Positions 1-11,716 of a stretch of DNA of 64,000 nt are shown piece by piece. The stretch's first letter is position 1. The number at the start of each line of letters is the position of its first letter. Position numbers and translations under genes: made by a program. Below the pieces are notes generated by a model that searched no databases, had not been told where the DNA came from, and saw nothing but the letters and a program-made list of their open reading frames with translations. Source of the DNA: Eledone cirrhosa (Eukaryota); NCBI GenBank assembly GCA_964016885.1, contig OZ024740.1, forward strand, positions 358,174,001-358,238,000. The letters run 5' to 3'.

Positions 1-494
1 ATTTGTTCTTTCTCTCTCCCCTGCTCACCTCAAACTCTCTCTCTAATACTACACACACACACACACAGTAGCTCTGGAAAGTGGACGTAAGATGATGGTG
101 AAGATGTTCATGATATATGTATGAGTGTGTATGTGTGTGTATGGCCATGTAAATATACATGCATATTACTTAGATTCAATAAACCAATAAAACAATAAAT
201 AATGTTTTATTCATCACAGATAAAACCAATTGTCTACCTTCCTGTTCAAGGTACAACACATCCAGTTTCTATTTCCACAGTGAAAAAAAAATAAAATAAA
301 ATAAAGGTATCAAATATTTTAATGTTTACTAGTTAGTGTCTTCTTTAAAAACAATAACACAAAATATTCGTAATTGATTCCGAACTTTTATTCGGATTTA
401 CGCAGGACTTTTGGACAAATTTCTGGTTATATTGGGTCTCCAAGTATAATTGTTTCCTTTTTTATTATTTCATTACATAATGTACATATATATG

Positions 495-655
495 TAACAA
501 AGAGGGTGTGGTAAGATACCAGGTGGACCATATCGCACCAGAGTACTCGATACTTGGGATAGTAGAGTGGGTAATATGAAAGGATTCAGGACCCCTGAGT
601 TCGGATCTAGCTGTCGAAACGGCCGGAGCTCAGCAGTCGGGGTCCTGAATCTTTG
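495..655. mobile_element. Short inverted pLTR-like fragment with the 3' half of a hammerhead motif
   Basis: GAAAC-GGC...GCA-GTC-GGGGTCC at ~616-646 matches the HHR at 18813-18908. 535-596 is the reverse complement of the downstream tail also seen at 13451-13511. Confidence 0.55.
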
Positions 656-1028
656 ATGTGTGTGTGTGTATATATATATACACACACAAGGGAGAAAGCA
701 AATTATTTTGCTTAACAGAGTATCTATGCATACATGCACATGTACATATATTAATGTGTATTTGTGTGCGTGTGTGTGAGTGTGTATTATAGGTATGCAT
801 GTATCATGAAATACATGTCAGTTTCATTCCCGTTTGAGGAATGTGAAAGGACTATGTGCATTACCGGTTCTATTGAGAGTGAACTGGAGTCTGCAACTCA
901 ATGCTATTACGAAGTCCGTCTCGTGTTGGATTGTATTCCAGGGTTAAGACGGCTGTAGTGTGGTGGAGAGTGTAGATGATGTAAGTAGAATCGAAGTCAG
1001 TGTTGCAGCATGTGTATACACTTTATTG

Positions 1029-1117
1029 GCATATTACAATTGTTTCAATACTGAGCAGCTCAGGGTACAATCATAGTGACCGGGGCCAACACCTCTTCGA
1101 CGATTCTTCAGATATGC
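1029..1117 (-). ncRNA. Type I hammerhead ribozyme
   Basis: Minus strand reads GCATAT-CTGAAGA-[long stem II]-GAAAC-AATT-GTA^ATATGC: 6-bp stem I, canonical core, palindromic stem III, AATAAA just downstream. Confidence 0.8.
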
Positions 1118-1170
1118 GAGTTTATATGTGCGAAGACACATATAAACTTTATCTTTGCACATATCAACTC

Positions 1171-1260
1171 GCATATCTGAGGAGATGTCGAAGAAGAGTC
1201 GAGCCCTGGTCATTGTTATTGTACCCTGAACTGATCGATATTGAAACAATTGTAATATGG
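1171..1260 (+). ncRNA. Type I hammerhead ribozyme
   Basis: CATAT-CTGAGGA-GATGTCGA...TCGATATT-GAAAC-AATT-GTA^ATATG: canonical core, 8-bp base of stem II, palindromic stem III, AATAAA at 1262. Confidence 0.85.
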
Positions 1261-1318
1261 CAATAAAGTTTATAAATATGCTGTGACACTGACATATATA
1301 TATATATATATATATTAT

Positions 1319-1376
<58 letters not shown>

Positions 1377-1419
1377 GTATAAACCTATGGCAATAATGCA
1401 CATTGTTTGATTAAATATA

Positions 1420-1878
1420 TTATCTAAAAGGTAACACTGGTCTCGATGGTCGAACAGGTATGTTTAATGTCGAAATCATGCGCCGTGTTCTCGGAGGGAT
1501 CCTTGTTGGCACCCTGTGTCTAATCACCGGTACAGTGCGGTGAATCATTCTCTGTGGAGTACGTTGGATGAAGACTTGTCGGCTACGTGGATGCATTGCT
1601 TGAGGCATTCGCGTGATGGTTCGAGATCGACCGCCACGACGTAATCTGTTTCGTAACCAATTTGATGACAAAACTTTATTGCAGCCAGAACAATCATCTA
1701 TATTCATTTTCTTAGTGGGATTATTACCTAAGAATCCACAGCATGACGATATAATCTGGCATATCATGGTTAGTTTCTTGAAAATGCATATTACCGCTAT
1801 CAGAAGCACAATTGCTGCTATAGCGGAGAATATATACTTCAGGTTGTCAATGCTAAACCAAGAGATAAACTCGAACAT
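1420..1878 (-). CDS. Orphan 152-aa single-pass membrane protein with Cys-rich linker and Arg/Pro-rich repeat tail
   Basis: Non-microsatellite ORF. Hydrophobic IFSAIAAIVLLIAVICIF is followed by KK. The last ~78 aa contain 21 Arg and no acidic residue, with 8-aa periodicity. A polypyrimidine tract plus CAG acceptor (ttttcttctattttcag) lies 6 nt before the ATG. Confidence 0.55.
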   Translation of the reverse strand: MFEFISWFSIDNLKYIFSAIAAIVLLIAVICIFKKLTMICQIISSCCGFLGNNPTKKMNIDDCSGCNKVLSSNWLRNRLRRGGRSRTITRMPQAMHPRSRQVFIQRTPQRMIHRTVPVIRHRVPTRIPPRTRRMISTLNIPVRPSRPVLPFR

Positions 1879-2029
1879 ACTAAACTGAAAATAGAAGAAA
1901 AGTAATTGTCATGATTATGTTTCATAATAATAGATACAAATGCATACATACATAAAAATAAAGACATCTTTCGGTCACGAATGACCATGGGATTTTCACC
2001 TAGAAAGTTCACCTCCGAGGTACAAGTCC

Positions 2030-2297
2030 GGGCAAGATTGTTTGTGGAAAAACAGCAGTCGCTCATGTATACCAGTCCCCCTTCTCCACGACACTGATGT
2101 CGTCCAAGGGAAAGGCAATGGCAGATACAGCTTGGTACCGGTGACGTCGCAACTCATTTCTACAGCTGAGTGAACTGGAACAACGTGAAATAAAGTGTCT
2201 TGCACAAGAACACAGCGCAAAGCCCGGTTCGAAAATCGAACTCACAACCTCACGATTTTAAGCCCAACGCTCTAACCACTAAGTCATGTGCCTTCAC
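2030..2297 (-). mobile_element. tRNA-derived SINE, Meta/CORE-like central domain
   Basis: A-box TAGTGGTTAGAGCG and B-box GAGTTCGATT, then TGTGTTCTTGTGCAAGACACTTTATTTCAC...CTCAGCTGTAGAAATGAG. Paralogues at 3480-3815, 12715-12820, 18060-18317. Confidence 0.8.
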
Positions 2298-2324
2298 TAT
2301 ACATACATGCTTGTATGCATATAT

Positions 2325-2366
<42 letters not shown>

Positions 2367-2449
2367 TAGCTGTCGACTCACAATCGAGTATGACTACTTT
2401 TTGCGCCCAATTCACATTTCCTTTAAATATGTTAATCCCCTCTCTCAAG

Positions 2450-2592
2450 GGTTCGCAAGATGATGATGACATGTACCAATATAGTGAGACCAAGATCCCA
2501 TCTCCTGACACCAATGAAAGACGAAGCCAAACAAGCAACAGGAGATTTGTAACTGTTCCCGCCTACACCACGCCATCCGTATATCCTGACGA
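2450..2592 (+). CDS. Possible host-gene exon (GSQDDDDMYQYSETKIPSP...PSVYPD)
   Basis: Non-repetitive open frame bounded by cccctctctcaag| and GA|gtgagt. No homology recognised. Confidence 0.3.
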
Positions 2593-3479
2593 GTGAGTAG
2601 AGTAAGGAAGTGGCGGTATTCCATTTTCACAGACGTACATGATAATTTGAACGCCCGACGAAATGTCTACCATCTTTGTTTCCAAGTAGTCTGAGTCTCT
2701 GATATGCACTGATGGGGGCGAAATGGAAGTGTGTGTGTGGGGGGAGGGGGGGGGGGAGAATGTACCTAGTCATCAAATGCTACAGCGACTGACGTTTGAG
2801 TGCCATACTTTAAATGTTTAAAGTCATTATACTGGTAACAAACAAAACCAAACGAGACGACCAGACTACAAGCACCGCAACTTTCAGATAAGTGTGTTTA
2901 TTCTCTCATTTTCATTTATATAGACACGTAAATGCACATATATTTGCCTAAATATATATACACACTATTGAAATAACCTTGACTCTCCTGAGTTAATTCA
3001 TCCTTCAGGAAATTTTGTTTCTCATCTCTTGTTACGTATCCCCAAATCACCCTCCTCGCCAAGCGTGCTTGGGGAAATTGCCGATTTGACGATCAAGTCA
3101 TGCAGCATGCTGTACTGGATTACATGTTACAGTATCTCTTACATACTTCACACACACACACACACAAGTGAAATTATGTAAGTCAGTTTTTTTTAAAGTT
3201 CTTATGCAAATTTCAGCAATGGAGCTTTCCTTCTTTGTTAAAACCAGCTTCCTTATGAAAAATATTTCAAAGAAATATGAAAGTAAAGATAATATACATA
3301 CATACTTACATGCGTAATCATCCTTAGCACTTGCCTTAATCTTTCTTTCTCAGAATTGCATCCTTATTTTCACTAGTTATTATTGCCAAATCAAATTGAA
3401 TTCTAACTACATTAAGTAATCCTTATTTCTCAGTCTTTTGGGAAATAAGAACAAATTTATTTGACTTTGTAATGCGAAT

Positions 3480-3815
3480 CATCATCATCATTTTACGTCC
3501 GCTTTTCCCTGCTTGCAAGGGTGGGACGGGAACTGATTCTGGCTTGATTTCTACAGCTGGATGCCCTTCCTAACACCAACCTCATTTACAGTGGGTGCTG
3601 GGTTCTTTTTTGCCGTGGCACCTCCACGACCACTTTGCAGTGGAATGATCGGGACCCCAGTCCCTATCATCTCATTTCTACAGCTGAGTAAACCGGAGCA
3701 ATGTGAAATAAAGTGTCTTGCTCAAGGAAACAACACACCACCCGGTCTGAGAATTGAACTCACAACCTTTCGATTGCGAAGCCAATGCTCTAACCACTAA
3801 GCCATGTGCCTCCAT
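3480..3815 (-). mobile_element. tRNA-derived SINE with RTE-type 3' tail
   Basis: tRNA head and Meta-like core. The 3' part GGTGTTAGGAAGGGCATCCAGCTGTAGAAA...GGACGTAAAA(TGA)n is shared with the 3' UTR of the RTEs at 14165 and 22436. Confidence 0.85.
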
Positions 3816-5269
3816 GTGCGAATAAATAAATAAAAATAAAAATAAATCCCATACATTATGCATAGAAAATTATAAAAAAATTATTTTAAAGTTAACAATT
3901 TCGGGAAAATGTAGATCACTATTGTTTCTCTTGTTTTATTGATCATACGAATGTATAACAAAATTATGAATGACGCGTTTTTCAAAACACTTTAGTATTA
4001 CTATAGATTTTATAAAGCCTTAGATTATATCTTTAAACATTCATGTTTAAAATATAATTTAATGTATTTACTGTGCGGTGTAGTAATTTAGAAGAAATAT
4101 ATGAAAAATGTTAAGAAATAAAATAAAATGACAGAATGAAATTAGAATCGAAAATCCTCTGAACATTACACGTCGAAGTTTTAAATCATTTATGGAATTA
4201 TTCTTTAGAGGTGTAGAAGTATATCTGAAAAGATGTAGAAGTATATCTGAAATAAAAATGTCAAGAAGAATAGTTAAGTTGTCTCAAGAATCTATAAGAT
4301 TGTCATGCTTAGAGCGACATATAGCTAGAATGGTTTCTATCACATCTGTTTAAAAGGAACCTCATTAAGATTATATTTAAAATTGTGCTGCCAGATACAA
4401 TAAGCTTACAAATTCCGTTGATGACGACATAGTGAAATATAATAATCAACGTCGGAACTTTACAATAGAAATATATCTTAGAAACTTTGGTATTTGACAG
4501 GAGCAAACTTCTATTCAGAAGCTAATGTTCAATGCTTATTAGAGCAAGACCGCTTGCTCAATCTTCGTTGCTTCATGATGGTTCAATTTGTTCAATTTGC
4601 TCAATTATGGGGAACGGGGTTCTGAAAATTATCATTAGTTAATGTAGTTTGTTGTTCTCAGAGCCCAAAAGCCTGGAATACGGTTTCTACATTTGTAAAA
4701 TTATATCCCAAGAGATTGTTATCAGGCGGCTAATTTAAGAATCTCATTTGTTTCAGCATAGGTTGTTCAGTGGAATGCAGAAACACCGATTCTCGATGAA
4801 ATGGCAACAGACATGGCCATGTAGTTAACAAGTTTGCTTCGCAACTACATTGATCTAGGTTTAATACTTCTGTGCTGCACTTTGGGAAATAGTCATCTAC
4901 TATAAACTCGGGTTGACCAATATATTATGGGTAGAATTTGGTTAGTCAAACATCTTCACAGGAGTGTGCGTGGTTATATAAAAAAAAAAGTGCCACCAGG
5001 CCGGTTATGTATGAAAAGAAGATTGTAAGGTAAACTCACAGTTGGCAATTTCGTTGGAAGATTCTTGTGTCAGACACAATATAAAGCTTTACGGATATTC
5101 AGAGCAAGAAGTCACTGTGTGACAGAATAAAACGGTGAATTTAGTTCGACTAAAACCTCATTACAGGTCGTTGATGAAAGACACACAAGGTGATAAAGCA
5201 TAATATACAGGAGGAAACAATAAATATGAAAATAAGAGAAAGGGGGAATAGAGGGACAGCCTAGGCGAT

Positions 5270-5500
5270 ATATCTCAGCTGTGCCACACGGACAAGATGG
5301 TGAAAGCATTGCCATGGAGAACAGCCAGGGACATCCGTTGCATCAGCTACTCCACTTCATGTCAATCCTTCCTCAGGCAGGATGCACTCTTAATTTTACA
5401 GAAGAAAGCGACAATTCGGGGTTAGAGAACACCGGTCCTCAAGACGGTGACCGACACAAAGATCAGTTAACTCCCGGTAGGTATAGTCACAGGTAATGAC
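5270..5500 (-). pseudogene. Decayed 3' end of a CRE-clade (RLE) LINE
   Basis: Minus frame gives MQRMSLAVLHGNAFTIL, resembling the CRE C-terminal QRxSLAVQRGNA motif, preceded by YRELTD. A similar 3' UTR lies at 56600-56670. Confidence 0.5.
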
Positions 5501-5837
5501 ATGTCCCCATTACATTCGAGATATTAGATAAGGGTGATAAGAAAATATATGGTAGAGTAAAGTAAAGTTACATTTTTCGGAATGTATTCAACATACTGTC
5601 GTGCGTTTCCATAAGACCTGGTAGAACCTTGATGAGAGTTAACGATTTTTGCCCGAATAAGGGGTGTCCAGATATAGAACAACCTATATCGCACGCAAAC
5701 GTAGAATTTGGAGACTATTGTTATAGCACTTGGTATTAAATATTCTATTATTTCACTCGTTGAACCGAAGCCATGTTATGGCATTGCTTATTTGGTGTAG
5801 TCTTAAACACAGATACGCACACACACACACATGTATA

Positions 5838-5911
<74 letters not shown>

Positions 5912-6019
5912 CATTACTATTCTATTCAATTAAGGTAGAACTCGATGTAGAATTGATATTTTTATGCTATCGATATATTGACTAATCGATAGCATACATA
6001 CATACATATATACATACAT

Positions 6020-7541
6020 CCTATAATGGTATCTGTAATAACGAACGCGTAACCAGGGAATACTACACCCGATTAAGAAAGATCTGGTCATCGGAACTCT
6101 CTGCGCAAAACAAAACAGTGGCTCACAATGTGTTTGCTGTGCCTGTCCTAACACCAACGCTTGGAATACTCAATTGGACGATAGACGAAATCCGAGCAGT
6201 TGATGTTGGAACTCGAAAAATACTAAACAACACCGGAAACTTCCACATCAACAGTGACATAGACCGCCTTTACTTGAAACGTAAGCAGGGAGGCAGAGGC
6301 CTAACATCAGTCCAGACAATATTTGAATGTCGCATCATATCCATCCGACAACATCTACGAACTTCGAAGCGTAGGAACCAGTCTCTCGAGCAAGTCTATC
6401 TGCATGAAACAGATAAGATAATGAGAGTTGGGAAGGAACTCCTCGAAAGATATTCCCTGTGTGATAATCAAAAACTCACACCCAGGGAAGTTGCTCAGCA
6501 GTATCGCAGTGAATCCATGGATGAAAAACTGCATGCTTATCAGCAAAAAAATCATGCATGGATATGTTGCCAGGAAGCTCTAGAGTGAGAGTAATATAGA
6601 TAAGGAAAGTAGTCTATCTTGGACCAACAACCGCTATATTGGCTCCCACTTTGAAGGATACGCTTTTGCAATCTAAGAACAGGAAATTAACACGAAATAC
6701 CTGATTCACAAAAGAGATAGGGATGCAGGCAAAACACCTAGATGTGATAACAAGTGCAGACTCTGCAGAACTAACATCGAGGATATCACCCATGTCATCA
6801 GCAGCTGTCCAAAGATGTCATCGCGGTACTATCTACCTATGAGGTATGATGTAGTGGCCAAAACCCTGTACAATGCAGTCCGTAAAAAAAGATAGCCCCG
6901 ATAATAAATACATTAAAAGCTACAGCAATGTGGAAGACATCCACGTACATAATATGAAAGAGTACTGGTGGAATGTTCCAGTAAAAAACCCCAATAAAAT
7001 GCAGGCATAACAGACCAGATATTATGATATGGGACAGAGAGAAGAAAGCATGCACAGTAGTGGAAATTAGCTGCCCAGCTGATGCCAATATAATATCAAA
7101 AATTAGTGAAAAGGAGAATATTAATGCAGAACTGATGAGAAATCTGCAGATACTCCACCCTAATTACACCTTCAGATTTATGCCTGTGATTGTTGGGGCA
7201 CTGGGATATGTTAGTAACTGCCTCAATACAAATTTTGAGAAGCTAGGCTTCACAGTAACAGAAAGAACACAACTAGTTAGGAAATTACAAGTACAATCCA
7301 TTAATGGAACAGTAAAAATATGTAAAACATTCCAAAAATGTTGCATCTAATAACTGCATATACACATGTTAACTTAAACATACACATCCACACATACAAT
7401 AACATCCATATCTACACATGCATGCATACATAATCTACCTAGTTGATGTTGTGTCAATTTCAATGAGAGTCTTGAGTCTATGTTAGAAACCGACTCTCTC
7501 TCTATTGGGAAAACAATTTGTGAAATTATAAAACCAGAAGA
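6020..7541 (+). mobile_element. 5'-truncated R4/Dong-clade non-LTR retrotransposon (RT thumb, CCHC finger, restriction-like endonuclease), with stops/frameshifts
   Basis: Motifs RLYLKRKQGGRGL, CRLCRTNIEDITHVISSC and RPDIMIWD...VVEISCP...KISEKE. Flanked by (CATA)n on both sides. Confidence 0.9.
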
Positions 7542-7544
7542 GCA

Positions 7545-7659
7545 TACATACATACATACATACATACATGATGGCTGCCCCCTCGTTATCGAGTATGGCC
7601 ATTGCACAATAAAAAAAAAAAAAATAAATAAAAAATAAAAAAAAATAATAAAAAAAAAA

Positions 7660-7708
<49 letters not shown>

Positions 7709-7787
7709 GCAATAATAATAATAACGACAACAACAATAATAATATACATATTCATATATATATACACACACACGCACGCACATAAGC

Positions 7788-7825
<38 letters not shown>

Positions 7826-10800
7826 GATAGCAACTAACAGTGCTGCGATCGAATGTGGCTTTTTAGCCCAGCCAATGATCCAAAATGTCTTGCACAGAGT
7901 CGGCAACCAAAACATTTACTGGGAATAGTCGGCTGTGGTTGGAGTTCGTGTACTTTTGCATGTCGCTTGAGTCCTCCTGCTGATTTACATTCTCTACCAC
8001 ATGTTTGGCAAGCATGATGAGTAGCATCTCCAACAGCAGCCTGGTAGTCAACCACTGGTCTTACTTTATGACTGCGAAGATGACTTTCGAGTCCAGCTTT
8101 GCTTAGGCAGAGTCTCGCACAGACGCTGCATGCCAGAAACATAGGAGGACCCTCGCCGTCTGGAAGTGCAACAGCAATACCCCTCCTCACGTCCCGCTTT
8201 ACTTTCTCGTGTGCGATTCGAGATGCCTCAAAGGCAACTTTTCCCTCATATACAGTCTTTCTCCATTTATTACGATCAGCAGCAATATTTTCCCATGTAT
8301 CAGCAGAGATGTTAGCGTCTTTCAGAGAGGCCTTCAAGGAATCCTTATACCTCTTTTTTGGTTTATGTGGCGGTCGTTTTCCTTTAACCAACTCTCCATA
8401 GAAGAGTTGTTTTGGTATTCTAGAATCCTTCATCCTGGCAAGGTGACCACTCCAACGGAGTCGCTGCTTAAGCACAAGAGCTTCTATACTGTCACACATA
8501 GAGCTTTCCAAAATCTCGACATCACTGATGTGGTCCCTCCAGCGAACGCCATGTATCCGTCTGAGACACATCTGATGGAAACGCTCCAATTGCTCAAGGT
8601 GGCGTCGATATGTGACCCAGGTCTCGCAGGCATAAAGAAGACAAGAGAGTACACATGCCCTGTACACCTTTACCTTTGTCCTCCTGCATATGTCTCGCCG
8701 ACCCCAGAGTCGCCTTTCTAGCTTTCCGAAAGCATCACTTGCTTTCCTAATCCTAAGTGAGATTTCACTGTCAAGGTTGCCGTATCGATTGACAGTGCTT
8801 CCCAGGTAGACAAACTGATCAACCACTCCAAGTCGCTTGCCATACACATAGATGTTTGGTTCAGTGTACTGCCTACCAGGTGCAGGTTGGTACATGACGA
8901 CGGTTTTCTTGAGACTGACAGTCAAACCCAGGGCAGTGCAAGCGTCAGAAAATACATTCAAAATGTGCTGCATATCACTCTCTGTGTGCGCTACAAGATC
9001 GCAATCATCTGCATACAAGAGGTCTCTTATGACTGATGTAAATACTTTTGTCTTCGCAGCAAAGCGCCTGATGTTAAATATGCTGCCTGAGGTTCGATAT
9101 CGGATGTAAACACCATGCTCGCAATTCCTGAATGCAACACAGAAAACCATTGCAAAGTATATGGCAAACAGGGTCGGTGCTGGAATATCCCCCTGTTTCA
9201 CTCCATTTTTTACTGAGATAGGCTCCGACATGTTACCTCCGACATTAACCCAAGCCTTCATGTCGTCATGGAAAGACCTAACTAAAGCAAGGAACTTATC
9301 AGGGCAACCAAGTTTCTGGAGAACCTTCCATAATGCATCTCTGTTGACAGTATCGAAAGCCTTTGTCAGATCGACAAAAACCTGATACAGATCCAAGCCC
9401 TGTTCAATGCACTTCTCCTGGAGCTGTCTAGCTGAGAAGATCATATCAGTAGTGCCGCGTCCAACACGAAAACCAGATTGACTTTCAGGAAGGACACAAT
9501 CTGCAATGTGTGTCAGCAGACGGTCCAGAAGCACCCTACATAAAACTTTCCCCACGACAGAAAGCAATGATATACCTCTGTAGTTCCCACAATCATTCCT
9601 GTTACCCTTTCCCTTGTACAAGACCACCATTACTGCATCTCTCCAGTCCTCAGGCACGGATTCATTAGCCCATATCCTTCCAAACAGAGAGTGAAGATGT
9701 TGCAGGAGTCTCTCACCACCATATTGTAGGAGCTCAGCATGTATGCCATCCATACCTGGAGATCTTCCACTGTTCAGCTTCGAAATAGCCACTGCAACCT
9801 CCACAAGTGTCGGAGGCTCTGCGAGAGCTACTTTCACAGGACTTTCCGGAATGAGATTGAGGAAATCTTCACTGACGACAGACGGCTGATTCAAAAGATC
9901 ATCAAAGTGCTCCCGCCACCTTCGTAGAATTCCCTGTGAGTCACGAAGAAGTTCTTTGCCATCCCTGCTGCGAATCGGTGTCACCAGAGAAGAAGACGGT
10001 CCATAAACCTCACGCAAGAGACTGTACAACAGCTTTGTGTTATTGCAATCAGACGCAGTTTGTATCTCACCAGCCTTCTCACTCCACCACTGATCCTTCA
10101 TCTGAGAAAGACTCCGCCTAACACGTGATTTTACATCCCTGAGCTCCTCATGCAACGTATTCCTCTCCTGTGGTCTTGCCGTCAAGTAGCGTGACAGAGC
10201 GCGCCTCTTATCAGCCAACAAGTCATCTATATGCACATCTTTCTCATTAAACCAGTCCTGATGTTTTCTCTGCACCAATCCCAGAACACGTCTGCCTACA
10301 TCATAAACCGACTTTTTAAGGGTCGGCCAATCCTCACCAAGATCTGCAGCCTGCATCTCTTCTTCCAATGTCCTCTTCACATTTTTATCCTTAAGACGAG
10401 CAGCATTCAATCTTTTGGGCAGGGTAACACCAGGAGCCCGGATTTTACGTTTGGTGATTAGATTCACTTTTGCGCGTACCAGGCGGTGGTCCGTCCAGCA
10501 CTCAGCTCCACGAAGAACACGAACACACCGCACATCCTGTCTGTCACGCATCCTGACTAGGACGTAGTCCAAAAGATGCCATTCCTTAGATGCAGGATGC
10601 ATCCATGTGGTCTTGAATTTGTTCTTTTGTTGGAACATGGTGCTGGTAACACACAGATCCAGCTCCTCACACATCTGCAGCAAGAGCATACCATTGCTGT
10701 TACACTTTCCCACCCCATGCCTTCCGATTACATTCCATGTGTTAAAATCCCTACCCACTCTAGCATTAAAGTCACCAAGCACGATGACTTTGTCTGCCTG

Positions 10801-11387
10801 AGGGATATTTCTTAAAACACCTTTCAAGGCATGGTAAAAGGACAGTTTTTCTTCATCGACAGAATTCATAGTTGGAGCATACACACTCACCAGGGTAGCA
10901 TATCTTCCCTTGTCCAGCGGAACTCTCATGGACATAAGACGCTCACTAATCCCCACTGGGAATTCTTCCAATTTATTCACCAGTACAGTCTTAACAGCAA
11001 ATCCTACCCCAGCCTCTCTTCTGGTTCCTTCATCTCTTCCTTTCCAGAAGAATGTATATTCTCCACAAAATTCCGTAAGATGACCATCTCCAGCTAACCT
11101 CGTCTCAGACAAAGCCACGATGTCAAGATCGTAACGTCGAAGCTCCTTCGCAACAAGAGCGGTCCTTCGTTCAGGACGCTCCAAAGAATCCCTGTCAAGC
11201 AGCGTCCGTACGTTCCAGCAGCCAAGACTAAATGCCCTGTTTGGCTCTATTACAATGGCACGATGACGGGCGGGCCCAGGTTGTGATAACTTGGGGCCCC
11301 TGCCCTTATTGCCAATGATCTCTTTTGTTCCAGAACCCAAATTGGCAATTATCTCGTTTACATTGTTCTGGAACATCATTGAATTGG

Positions 11388-11419
<32 letters not shown>

Positions 11420-11716
11420 AGAAAAGAAAAAAAAAAAAGTAATAATAATAGTAATAATAATAATAATAATAATACTACACTATTAATAATTATTAATGCA
11501 CTCGTGCAATGCCTGTGCGTGACGAATATTTTTAAAGTGAGGAAAGACTGTGCACTGAACCAATCCCACTCTCTGAGCGACAGTAGCTATAACCCGAAAA
11601 GAAGAAAAGATCAACATCATCGGTAACTACTGAGCCGCAGGTTTTATATCGGAGTTAACCCAGTTTCCTGAGATGCCTTCTCCTAGAAGAATACCCTGAC
11701 ATGGGCTAGGGGTTCT
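7545..11716 (-). mobile_element. Near full-length RTE-clade LINE
   Basis: Intact ORF. 3' end GCAATGGCCATACTCGATAACGAGGGGGCAGCCATC plus (ATGT)n tail. 5' UTR 11494-11716 is homologous to 61889-62095 and 54200-54390. (CATA)n on both flanks. Confidence 0.95.
7834..11379 (-). CDS. RTE ORF, 1181 aa: APE endonuclease, reverse transcriptase, three C-terminal C2H2 zinc fingers
   Basis: APE motifs GCWNVRTL, ALSETRL, SVYAPT, LGDFNARVG, TDHRLV. RT motifs YRGISLL, FVDLTKAFD, GVKQGD, LLYADD. Three CxxC-x12-Hxxx(x)H fingers. Confidence 0.97.
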   Translation of the reverse strand: MMFQNNVNEIIANLGSGTKEIIGNKGRGPKLSQPGPARHRAIVIEPNRAFSLGCWNVRTLLDRDSLERPERRTALVAKELRRYDLDIVALSETRLAGDGHLTEFCGEYTFFWKGRDEGTRREAGVGFAVKTVLVNKLEEFPVGISERLMSMRVPLDKGRYATLVSVYAPTMNSVDEEKLSFYHALKGVLRNIPQADKVIVLGDFNARVGRDFNTWNVIGRHGVGKCNSNGMLLLQMCEELDLCVTSTMFQQKNKFKTTWMHPASKEWHLLDYVLVRMRDRQDVRCVRVLRGAECWTDHRLVRAKVNLITKRKIRAPGVTLPKRLNAARLKDKNVKRTLEEEMQAADLGEDWPTLKKSVYDVGRRVLGLVQRKHQDWFNEKDVHIDDLLADKRRALSRYLTARPQERNTLHEELRDVKSRVRRSLSQMKDQWWSEKAGEIQTASDCNNTKLLYSLLREVYGPSSSLVTPIRSRDGKELLRDSQGILRRWREHFDDLLNQPSVVSEDFLNLIPESPVKVALAEPPTLVEVAVAISKLNSGRSPGMDGIHAELLQYGGERLLQHLHSLFGRIWANESVPEDWRDAVMVVLYKGKGNRNDCGNYRGISLLSVVGKVLCRVLLDRLLTHIADCVLPESQSGFRVGRGTTDMIFSARQLQEKCIEQGLDLYQVFVDLTKAFDTVNRDALWKVLQKLGCPDKFLALVRSFHDDMKAWVNVGGNMSEPISVKNGVKQGDIPAPTLFAIYFAMVFCVAFRNCEHGVYIRYRTSGSIFNIRRFAAKTKVFTSVIRDLLYADDCDLVAHTESDMQHILNVFSDACTALGLTVSLKKTVVMYQPAPGRQYTEPNIYVYGKRLGVVDQFVYLGSTVNRYGNLDSEISLRIRKASDAFGKLERRLWGRRDICRRTKVKVYRACVLSCLLYACETWVTYRRHLEQLERFHQMCLRRIHGVRWRDHISDVEILESSMCDSIEALVLKQRLRWSGHLARMKDSRIPKQLFYGELVKGKRPPHKPKKRYKDSLKASLKDANISADTWENIAADRNKWRKTVYEGKVAFEASRIAHEKVKRDVRRGIAVALPDGEGPPMFLACSVCARLCLSKAGLESHLRSHKVRPVVDYQAAVGDATHHACQTCGRECKSAGGLKRHAKVHELQPQPTIPSKCFGCRLCARHFGSLAGLKSHIRSQHC

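Larger units (their letters stand above)
996..1293. repeat. ~300-bp imperfect foldback made of two divergent HHR-bearing arms
   Basis: GTCAGTGTTGCAGCAT...CTTTATTGGCATATTACAATTGTTTCAATA pairs with TATTGAAACAATTGTAATATGGCAATAAAG...ATGCTGTGACACTGAC; central loop ~15 nt. Confidence 0.9.
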
